DNA of 18,601 bases, from NCBI GenBank assembly GCA_024626585.2, contig JANKJI020000004.1, positions 42,356,725 to 42,375,325 of the forward strand, read 5' to 3'. This DNA comes from Ginkgo biloba. Lineage: Eukaryota; Plantae; Ginkgophyta. A program made the translations under genes and the position numbers. The notes beneath the pieces are model-generated. The model had not been told where the DNA came from. It saw nothing but the letters and a program-made list of their open reading frames with translations, and ran no database searches. This document shows positions 10,901 to 18,601 of the stretch, one piece after another; within the stretch, counting starts at the first letter, position 1, and the number at the start of each line of letters is the position of its first letter.

Positions 10901-13744
10901 TCGTCACTTTGCAAGCAAGAGCACCAGAAAAATGGTTGGAGAAAAGAATGGCGATGTGCGAGGGGCTTCCCGAATATTTTTCAGCAATGTCAACATGTGG
11001 AACCAAATGTAGGCACACCAAATGTAACACATACCTGACTTGACCTCCCAGATGGTTGATCGCAATTGAGTGAACATATGAGTATATTTTTGGTAGCCGA
11101 ATAATTTGTCAGCCATTACCTTCATTATCCGCTGCAAGTCTGGATCTCGCAGTCCTTCAATGTGAATACCTGAGGTCAAGGCATCCGACACCAAATGTAA
11201 CACATACCTGACTTCACCTCCCAGATGGTTGATCGCAATTGAGTGAACATATGAGTATATTTTTGGTAGCNNNNNNNNNNNNNNNNNNNNNNNNNNNNNN
11301 NNNNNNNNNNNNNNNNNNNNNNNNNNNNNNNNNNNNNNNNNNNNNNNNNNNNNNNNNNNNNNNNNNNNNNTATTTGACCCCTTTTCCATGCTACTACTTG
11401 CCCTATCTTACAGGGAAAGATTTCACTCTTCTTAATGGCTGCTACAAGCTTTTGCTGCTCTCAATGTTCACGACGTGTTGCTCTTGCATCTACACACTAC
11501 TCCTTTGGTGGCATGACGAAAACCCCTGACTATCCCGAAGGCTCTAGCAGAAATCTATGAGGTTAGCGACAGCCAGGGTTGCTGAAAATGTGGCCAGTCT
11601 GTCTGAATACTGCTCCTAGTCTCGAGGGATTGGGATTTTATAGGCAACGGAACCAATGTTTACTATGAAATGGGTTCACAGTAAAGAGATCATAAAGGCA
11701 CCAATGATAGATCCATAGAGACAGGATCAGCGGTCTTGTTGCTCTCACCAACAAGACTGCATTTTGGTGTCCAAGAAGCAGGTCGTTAGCCACTAAGATG
11801 GCATTGAGCAATCAAACATAAACATTCACTGTAAACAGAACTGAAGTAATGCACAATGAATACACATTTCAAGAATAGTCGATTTCATTGATAATAAGTT
11901 GGGTACATGAATGATATATGATTACATAAAAGACTAATGATGGAATGCCCTGACTACTGCTAGGGCTTACATTTATAGGCGTTCGACTGTGTTTTTTCAT
12001 AAGGTTGCCAACTATTCCTAACTATATTACTGTTTATTAGGCTAACTAGTAGTTTTAATGAGTTTGCTAATAACGCTATGCCAATGATTATTACTGCAAT
12101 CTGTTCACTATTTGTTACAACCGATGACTTCGTTCATTTGACTAAGACAATCGCTCTCATTTGCGATCGGATACTAATATCAGTCATAATCGGACATTGT
12201 CTACTGCTGCTACGATCAGATATTACCAACTTGTTACGACCAAACATTGATGTTGTGTCACGATCAGATACTAGTTATTGTGATGTGACCGAATACTGCT
12301 ATTAAGGCGATTGACTTCTGCAGGTTGCAACCAGAAATTGTTGGGCTGCGATCGGACTCTAACATATAGTCAAACTAAAGGCTAACAATTCAGTTTGGCA
12401 GGAGTTGAACACTTGCTTGAACTAATGAAATGCATGAAACTAAACTAAAACACTTGATGAAGTATAGTCACTTGATACATGAAAACACAATCGGAAGCAC
12501 ATAAACACAGACTTGCAATAAGGCTACTCAATCGAATTACATTAATGGGGATTACAAATTACATTAATGGTGATTACATAGCATAATACAAGCTGCATAC
12601 ATATTGCTTGTGGCTTTTCATCCTTGAAAACTTTTGAACCGAGACCCTCTTCATCCAACTCTAACCCTCTCTATGACTCTAGACCTGTGAACAACAGGAC
12701 AACCACAAAAGTTCAAAGCAATACATGCAAAAGAAACCCCGATGTTTGCTTATTTTGCATTTTGTGCCTATTTCTCTTCTATTAAACCATGAGATGCTTG
12801 CCACATGTCAGTTTATGGTGAAATCAAATATGATGTGATTTGAACTTGTGTAACTTTTCCCTCCTGTCTCTCATATTTACCCTCTTCTCTCTGCTAGTTT
12901 CCCTCTGATATAACACCATTGCCTCTCATACTCTAAGGGTCAAGTTACCTAATGAACACAAAGACTGAGATCCTCTTTACGTTCGCAAACAAGAAATTGG
13001 TGAGCCTTGAATTTGCTTGAAAACAAGAATATCAAATCTTAACAACAAACATAACCTGTGCAGTAAGATTATATGACAATCATATATGTTAATCTGCAGG
13101 CGTATGAGAAACAGTGCATTGTGACAAGTATTCAGCAATATTGGGTTCAATACTAAGAGAATCCAAATGTAACATTTAAGTCACAATCTTCTGAGACGAG
13201 AACAGAGCAACTCCTTATTAACATCTCACTTACCCCCTGGAGTTTCATAGACCGTCTCTGATGCCATAGGAGTTAACTGAGGAACCATCCTAAAAGAGGC
13301 AAAGCTGGACCGGTCTGCATAGTGTAAAGAGTTTTCCTTTGATACACTTCTTGGAGTCATTGCAGGTGATTGCAACACTAAAGAACGGTCAAAAGCCAGA
13401 TCCAAACTTCTGTGCACAGCATTGNNNNNNNNNNNNNNNNNNNNNNNNNNNNNNNNNNNNNNNNNNNNNNNNNNNNNNNNNNNNNNNNNNNNNNNNNNNN
13501 NNNNNNNNNNNNNNNNNNNNNNNNNNNNNNNNNNNNNNNNNNNNNNNNNNNNNNNNNNNNNNNNNNNNNNNNNNNNNNNNNNNNNNNNNNNNNNNNNNNN
13601 NNNNNNNNNNNNNNNNNNNNNNNNNNNNNNNNNNNNNNNNNNNNNNNNNNNNNNNNNCATGACAACTAAGACTCACCCAATCAGAGTCATTTTCTTTTTC
13701 TTTCCAGAAGATTTCCACTTGCAGCGGTGACGCAGGGACAATGC
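7588..13744 (-). CDS. RGP1: RGP1 homologue (RAB6/Ypt6 GEF complex partner), multi-exon gene, 5'-incomplete. Visible exons: 13744-13677, 13424(gap)-13234, 9589-9386, 9273-9170, 9062-9009, 8892-8809, 7992-7588
   Basis: The spliced translation GIVPASPLQVEIFWKEKENDSDW...EGFIRGRSYNIRIDEQVLVRFSPKNCDATYYFGDMIGGVLTFFHEEGPRRCLEVSVTLETQEAVSPLFIHPSRKHSPVITKIQSDYHEVVSDMVQTQFMFSIPMDGPMSFSTPHVSLQWVLRFEFVTTP...EWILPITVHAP matches plant RGP1 proteins as I recall them (Arabidopsis AT1G50120-like). All visible junctions are GT-AG with compatible phases. Confidence 0.9.
8701..8716. repeat. (AT)8 microsatellite in an RGP1 intron
   Basis: atatatatatatatat seen directly. Confidence 0.85.
8809..8892 (-). CDS. RGP1: RGP1 internal exon, 84 nt (VSVTLETQEAVSPLFIHPSRKHSPVITK)
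   Basis: Acceptor atgcag|GTA, donor AAG|gtaagt, phase 0-0. Confidence 0.93.
9009..9062 (-). CDS. RGP1: RGP1 internal exon, 54 nt (IGGVLTFFHEEGPRRCLE)
   Basis: Acceptor aacag|ATT, donor GAG|gtagtg, phase 0-0. Too short for the ORF track. Confidence 0.92.
9170..9273 (-). CDS. RGP1: RGP1 internal exon, 104 nt ((E)GFIRGRSYNIRIDEQVLVRFSPKNCDATYYFGDM)
   Basis: Acceptor gacag|AA (phase 1), donor ATG|gtatga (phase 0). Contains the conserved GRSYNIR motif. Confidence 0.92.
9386..9589 (-). CDS. RGP1: RGP1 internal exon, 204 nt, low-complexity linker ((G)ASSQYGNHADRSSFEKKRSLWNVASGSH...EPVIGALPP)
   Basis: Acceptor gaccag|GT with an in-frame TGA immediately upstream, donor CCTG|gtatga. Phase 1-1 fits both neighbours. 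The acceptor is pyrimidine-poor, so the 5' border is less certain. Confidence 0.75.
9790..10501 (-). repeat. 3' LTR (712 bp), missing ~15 bp at its inner end
   Basis: Homology to the other LTR stops at catatagtca (10501 vs 12372). The terminal aactaaaggctaaca and any polypurine tract are absent. Confidence 0.85.
10104..10110 (-). promoter_or_regulatory. TATA box of the 3' LTR (counterpart at 11971-11977 in the 5' LTR)
   Basis: Minus-strand gccTATAAAAgtaagccctagcag and gccTATAAATgtaagccctagcag are conserved in both LTRs. Confidence 0.6.
10499..11514 (-). pseudogene. Decayed accessory (env-like/ORF2-like) retroelement ORF
   Basis: Begins ATGCCACCAAAG (MPPK) at 11514 with two early stops. Beyond the gap, ORF-track pieces 10904-, 10709-10900 and 10499-10702 share one frame, separated by single TGA/TAA stops. 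A hydrophobic CYIWCAYIW..PFFSPTIFLVLLL segment is followed by an acidic/basic tail (RRKKKGKA). No gag, RT or integrase motifs are visible. Confidence 0.6.
11015..11270. repeat. Near-perfect 83-bp direct duplication (11015-11097 and 11188-11270), 173-bp period
   Basis: acaccaaatgtaacacatacctgactt[g/c]acctcccagatgg...tttttggtagc occurs twice with 1 mismatch. The second copy runs into the 100-N gap. Confidence 0.9.
11636..11642 (-). promoter_or_regulatory. Candidate internal TATA box upstream of the accessory ORF
   Basis: Minus-strand TATAAAAtccc directly follows the PBS core, ~120 nt upstream of the MPPK ATG. Confidence 0.4.
11643..11655 (-). other. Primer-binding site, tRNA-Asp type
   Basis: Minus strand reads LTR ...AAACA, T, TGGTTCCGTTGCC: an 11/13 match to TGGCGCCGTTGCC, the complement of the plant tRNA-Asp 3' end used by Athila-lineage elements. 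Confidence 0.75.
11657..12387 (-). repeat. 5' LTR (731 bp)
   Basis: TG...CA termini. Aligns to 9790-10501 with 23 mismatches in the first 120 nt by hand count (~81% identity). Followed on the minus strand by the PBS. Confidence 0.88.
12535..12578. repeat. 22-bp tandem duplication
   Basis: aattacattaatggggattaca / aattacattaatggtgattaca (1 mismatch). Confidence 0.85.
13234..13424 (-). CDS. RGP1: RGP1 internal exon, 5' end inside an N-gap (NAVHRSLDLAFDRSLVLQSP...ETVYETPG)
   Basis: 63 open codons ending at donor GGGG|gtaagt, phase 1; G+GT from the next exon gives Gly. Its position matches the Ser-rich linker of plant RGP1. Confidence 0.8.
13677..13744 (-). CDS. RGP1: RGP1 internal exon, 68 nt ((G)IVPASPLQVEIFWKEKENDSDW)
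   Basis: Acceptor tttatttacag|GC, donor TGG|gtgagt. Matches the recalled plant motif GIVPxSxxQxxIxWKxxxxDSxW. Confidence 0.88.
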
Positions 13745-15899
13745 CTGTAAATAAACACCAGGTTGACTTAGAGTCTGCTTTGGTGATCCCACTCAATAGT
13801 GTCCATCATTTTCCTGTATTTACAGTACAATAATATCTAATAGAAGACTTTATTTTGGTTCCAAATAAGCAGACTAAAAATTGTTCACAATTTTCCTGTA
13901 TCCACAGTATAAACATATCCAATGAAAAAATCCATCTAAAATCTAAAATATGACCCATTAGTAACGACAAAATCATTTTCAAAACTCAGTGCCATAAGAG
14001 CCATTCTTACTTTCTATTCCATGTAAACCCCAAAATTGATCAGAATCCTAGAAATATGTCAGAAGATACTAGCATTTTCATATATACATATGTGGGGCAC
14101 CATTAATTTTTGACATATACTGCCTAAACAGTTGAATCTTTGTAGAAACATTTAATTCTACTACATGGATTTCAACATTCTTGTTGATTCCACTAACCAT
14201 TAATGTAGAAATTACAATCTGATGAAATGCAAGATATCTTTCTATATCTGATTATTCCAAGCTTGAAAGCCAAGTTTCTCAACAGGGAGGACTTGTTGTG
14301 TACTATAACCCATAGAACAAATGGATTATAGTTATTAGCATAGTGGCTAATATAGATTAAGCATTATATGCTAGCAAGTGAAAAGATTTTGGGGATTCTT
14401 GAGTTTTCCTTCATTAAAGGACTACTGCACACAAAATAATCAATATGATTCCTATTAAAGTATATGCATTGTCTTCTCACTGCTTGATCTATCCTTCTAC
14501 AAGCTTAGTTATATTACATGAGTATTGTATGCATTCATTTTGCATAGTTATGTGTAAATGTGAATTGCATCTCCCTTTGAGCTTACATACATATAATTGG
14601 TACTATACCCTCACTGCAGGTATATGGTATGTAACAAGTAGCATCAGAGTTGTGATCTACTTTTGGAAGAGTAGATTGCGGTAAAGGCTACAAACATTTT
14701 TTTCCACAGATTTGGATTCATTTAGTGGCACAAACAGATGTATATTCTAGCAATTGGTGGTAATTATTTTGGAGCTTCATTCAAAATCATTAGCAAATAT
14801 AGCCCAATGACAAGTGTACAAGGGAATCATAATTTCTTGGATGGCAAATTCAAATTGGAACCAATTTTGGCGAGATCTTGGAGGAGAAATTTGAAGATCA
14901 TGTACTTGTTGAATCAATATCTCCATTGTTCTTCATTGCTCAGTTCTGTCCACCTAAATTGTGACAGCAACAAGTTACAGATTCTGNNNNNNNNNNNNNN
15001 NNNNNNNNNNNNNNNNNNNNNNNNNNNNNNNNNNNNNNNNNNNNNNNNNNNNNNNNNNNNNNNNNNNNNNNNNNNNNNNNNNNNNNNNNNNNNNNNNNNN
15101 NNNNNNNNNNNNNNNNNNNNNNNNNNNNNNNNNNNNNNNNNNNNNNNNNNNNNNNNNNNNNNNNNNNNNNNNNNNNNNNNNNNNNNNNNNNNNNNNNNNN
15201 NNNNNNNNNNNNNNNNNNNNNNNNNNNNNNNNNNNNNNNNNNNNNNNNNNNNNNNNNNNNNNNNNNNNNNNNNNNNNNNNNNNNNNNNNNNNNNNNNNNN
15301 NNNNNNNNNNNNNNNNNNNNNNNNNNNNNNNNNNNNNNNNNNNNNNNNNNNNNNNNNNNNNNNNNNNNNNNNNNNNNNNNNNNNNNNNNNNNNNNNNNNN
15401 NNNNNNNNNNNNNNNNNNNNNNNNNNNNNNNNNNNNNNNNNNNNNNNNNNNNNNNNNNNNNNNNNNNNNNNNNNNNNNNNNNNNNNNNNNNNNNNNNNNN
15501 NNNNNNNNNNNNNNNNNNNNNNNNNNNNNNNNNNNNNNNNNNNNNNNNNNNNNNNNNNNNNNNNNNNNNNNNNNNNNNNNNNNNNNNNNNNNNNNNNNNN
15601 NNNNNNNNNNNNNNNNNNNNNTACCTTCACTTACCAAGTGAATACCTCCATTGAGTGGATTGGCTCTAGTTTTGTTGGTTACTCAAGGATTTTAGTGTAA
15701 GAATTTTAATAGCATGTTATGGAGGACAATGGTTTGATAGCCAAAAGGAAATCAAATGAATCTCAAGAGAATACCTCTCTCTCTCCAAAAGAATGGCATC
15801 TCACTTCCAAAGAGAATAAGTCGCCTTGCTTCCAAAAGACCACGTCTCTCCTTCAAAAATAAAATTGCTAGAGGGATCACTGATTAGCCACCTGAAGTT

Positions 15900-16680
15900 G
15901 CTTGCTCCGATGTGGTTGGCTTTCGGACTCGTGACCAAGAAGAGTATACTAAAATCTATTGCAGCTACCAGTTCCTTCTTCCCTCATCACCAACAGGCTT
16001 TTGAGGAAAGCATGAACTTCTATTTCTTCCTTCCCTCAGATGAAGGAATTGCTTCCCCGTAGCAATTCCATTTGGTCCTAATATAAAAGACAAATCTGAA
16101 TGTGGTCCTAACAATGGCGAGTCAACCTCCATAGCCACATGTTCCTGCTCATTGATTTCCACCAATTAGTACTCATCTTCTGCTTCCTCTCCGCCCTCCT
16201 CATCTTTGCCACTATGCTCACACTCTCCTCAGAATCAGTGTCTATTGTGATTGCTTTACATTTTTTACCCATAATCTGTTAGGTTCTCGTTTAAGTTTTT
16301 CCATATCCTCATCATTTGATCGATGGTACCTTGTTCTCAAGAGACTCCTTAGCCACCCTCACAAAGTCATAGTACAACCAAAGTAGATAGAGTGAGATTA
16401 TGAAACCACAATTCGGTTTCACCACCAACCCTTTCTTCACTTTACCCAAAATGTTATGAACCCAAATCATACAGTTCTTACCATGAGTCCCTTCATACCC
16501 TACAACATCCATATTGGGATGTTGCTGCATCATTGCACGCCAATTAGCCAATCAAGCACCAACACAACTAGCAACTTCTATTCATACTTCTTCAAATGTG
16601 TGACTTTTTATGCCTCCATCCCCATGCATCTGCTCGTCTTCATCTTCTACCATACAGTTCTCAATATGCATTATCATTCC
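15900..16680 (-). mobile_element. Probable decayed retroelement accessory-ORF remnant
   Basis: Broken minus-strand ORFs (16312-16551, 15965-16165) with a ..NCMIWVHNILGKVKKG..GFIISLYLLWLY segment followed by an acidic E/D-rich tract. Same layout as the ORF in the intronic element; no termini identified. Confidence 0.35.
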
Positions 16681-18345
16681 TTTCCTTACTGAAATTAGTT
16701 TTTTTTGCTTGTAGATCAATTTCCCTTGCAGCAGGTAAGATTTTTGGATAATAACGATGTGTCATTAGGCAAAAAATCTAAATTTCTGTTGACTAAGGAG
16801 AATGAACTTGTCCATGCACGTAAGTCAAAGCTAANNNNNNNNNNNNNNNNNNNNNNNNNNNNNNNNNNNNNNNNNNNNNNNNNNNNNNNNNNNNNNNNNN
16901 NNNNNNNNNNNNNNNNNNNNNNNNNNNNNNNNNNNNNNNNNNNNNNNNNNNNNNNNNNNNNNNNNNNNNNNNNNNNNNNNNNNNNNNNNNNNNNNNNNNN
17001 NNNNNNNNNNNNNNNNNNNNNNNNNNNNNNNNNNNNNNNNNNNNNNNNNNNNNNNNNNNNNNNNNNNNNNNNNNNNNNNNNNNNNNNNNNNNNNNNNNNN
17101 NNNNNNNNNNNNNNNNNNNNNNNNNNNNNNNNNNNNNNNNNNNNNNNNNNNNNNNNNNNNNNNNNNNNNNNNNNNNNNNNNNNNNNNNNNNNNNNNNNNN
17201 NNNNNNNNNNNNNNNNNNNNNNNNNNNNNNNNNNNNNNNNNNNNNNNNNNNNNNNNNNNNNNNNNNNNNNNNNNNNNNNNNNNNNNNNNNNNNNNNNNNN
17301 NNNNNNNNNNNNNNNNNNNNNNNNNNNNNNNNNNNNNNNNNNNNNNNNNNNNNNNNNNNNNNNNNNNNNNNNNNNNNNNNNNNNNNNNNNNNNNNNNNNN
17401 NNNNNNNNNNNNNNNNNNNNNNNNNNNNNNNNNNNNNNNNNNNNNNNNNNNNNNNNNNNNNNNATTTTATAGCATCATATGGCTAATCATTCATCATCAC
17501 CATGGATTTAATATCATTCTGATATTTGTTACATGATATTATCACATTTCTATATAACATTTGTTATTCTCATTTAATATTAGCATTTGATACCATATTA
17601 TCATTTTATTTTTATATATATCATACTTGTGAGGATAAGATTTTTCCATGCTATTTATATTTTATTAATGTATAATATTTTCTCATAATGCTTGGACATG
17701 TCTAATTTCGTTCTTTGATAATGGTTGGGTCACATTTTTTATGAGTGTTTCTTTCTAGGTGATAGTAAATTCTTTAGGGAGTGTAATCTCTCTTTCTTTA
17801 TCTCTACTCTCTCTTCCTCGATAATAGCATTGATAGATGGTATCATTAATATAATCCACTTCATACACTTTAGTAAGACAGTTTACTGGTCCATTGCTTA
17901 GTCTACTACCTACTTTTCAAGCTCGACTGTGCAAAGGATGTGCCTTAATAGCAACTTTAGACAAAATGTGCTTTCAATTCTTTCTAGAATAAATGTTACA
18001 AAATCCAGCTCTTTGGTGCATTTGTGAAATGCACAATTATGTATGGTTCAAAGATCTACTTAAAAGTCTTTAGCCTGCCAGTGGGCATGCACAGAGAGGT
18101 TATGCTTCAGTGTATCATATGTTGTATGCAAGCAATACTAGAGAGTACTGTCTAGACAAAATTTAAAGCAGATCCTCTCCATCTTGACTAAAGTAGGTTA
18201 ATTAATTATAGTTAAATGGAAGGTCGTGTACCCACAATAGGACACAACCCTGACTTCCCTAGCACTATAGAAATTCATACATTGTGTTGTGAACTCATCA
18301 GTTGTTTAACATTTACATCTGGTTATTGAGGACCACCCATTATCC

Positions 18346-18483
18346 TAATTCCAAACATGGGTTCACGACCCTTTCCACATAAGACCTATTGCTCATGCAA
18401 TTTGGGATCCTCATTTCAGTCAACCGGCTGTAGAAGCCTTCACCCGAGGAGGTGCTCCCGGTCCAGTTAATATTGCTTATTCC
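18346..18483 (+). pseudogene. psaB: Plastid psaB fragment (NUPT)
   Basis: 18358-18483 translates to [42 protein letters not shown], the PsaB segment W-V[40 protein letters not shown]. It has no start or end and carries a G>S change at an otherwise conserved site. Confidence 0.95.
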
Positions 18484-18601
18484 AACGCTGTACCTATAAG
18501 AATAGAGAAAGAAGAAGAAATCCCGAAGATTTTGCATAGTTTTTTCGCTCCAAATCGAGCATAATATTTCAGGTCCCATGCCCAGCAATTACCATTCCAC
18601 G
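18479..18601. other. Second plastid-derived segment, probably non-coding rps12(3')-trnV spacer
   Basis: attccaacgctgtacctat..atagagaaagaagaagaaatcccgaagattttgcatagt resembles the seed-plant plastid spacer I recall (attcaaacgctgtacctat..gatagagaaagaggaaaaaaccgaagatttcacatagt). Identification is from memory only. Confidence 0.6.

Larger units (their letters stand above)
9790..12387 (-). mobile_element. Degenerate non-autonomous LTR retrotransposon (Ty3/gypsy, Athila-like PBS) in an RGP1 intron
   Basis: Starts TGTTTAC (9790) and ends CTAACA (12387). Flanked by the 5-bp direct repeat ATTCA (9785-9789, 12388-12392). Has two ~0.7-kb direct repeats, a PBS-like site abutting one of them, and minus-strand TATA boxes in both. 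Confidence 0.88.

Noticed and set aside
13808-13925. Short degenerate repeat attttcctgtat..acagta at 13808 and 13890
   Set aside because: Real but trivial intronic micro-duplication.
14900-14986. RWTELSNEEQW / MKNNG peptides as the missing upstream RGP1 exon
   Set aside because: In-frame stops and no convincing splice-site pair; the resemblance is superficial.
15622-15700. Strong minus-strand donor TTG|gtaagt near 15634
   Set aside because: No upstream frame resembles RGP1.
14738-17472. Long ORFs in the track spanning N-runs (also at 2448, 3351-4089, 5434-5782, 13339-13796)
   Set aside because: Their length comes from the gaps (2560-2599, 3573-3970, 5560-5651, 7016-7115, 11271-11370, 13425-13657, 14987-15621, 16835-17463), which contain no stop codons.
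18340-18588. 82-aa minus-strand ORF with a pyrimidine-rich AG, as a possible RGP1 exon
   Set aside because: It is the antisense of the psaB/plastid insert and does not resemble the RGP1 N-terminus.

Overview
AT-rich eukaryotic nuclear DNA from a plant draft scaffold with 8 N-gaps; long TE-filled introns and old LTRs suggest a gymnosperm/conifer, but that is inference. The main feature is the 3' two-thirds of a spliced minus-strand RGP1 homologue (partner subunit of the RIC1-RGP1 Rab6/Ypt6 GEF). Seven exons with GT-AG borders and matching phases lie between 13744 and the stop at 7588; the N-terminal exons are off the right edge or inside gaps. Its 3.6-kb intron (9590-13233) holds an old LTR retroelement (9790-12387): TG..CA ends, ATTCA target-site duplication, LTRs ~80% identical, tRNA-Asp/Athila-type PBS, no visible gag-pol or PPT, and only a decayed TATA-preceded accessory ORF. 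The right edge carries a chimeric plastid insertion (NUPT): a psaB fragment fused to what looks like rps12-trnV spacer DNA. The left 1.7 kb contains nested degenerate direct repeats. I found no convincing new biological system; the best leads are the minimal retroelement with a possible LTR-driven short RGP1 isoform, and the mosaic NUPT.
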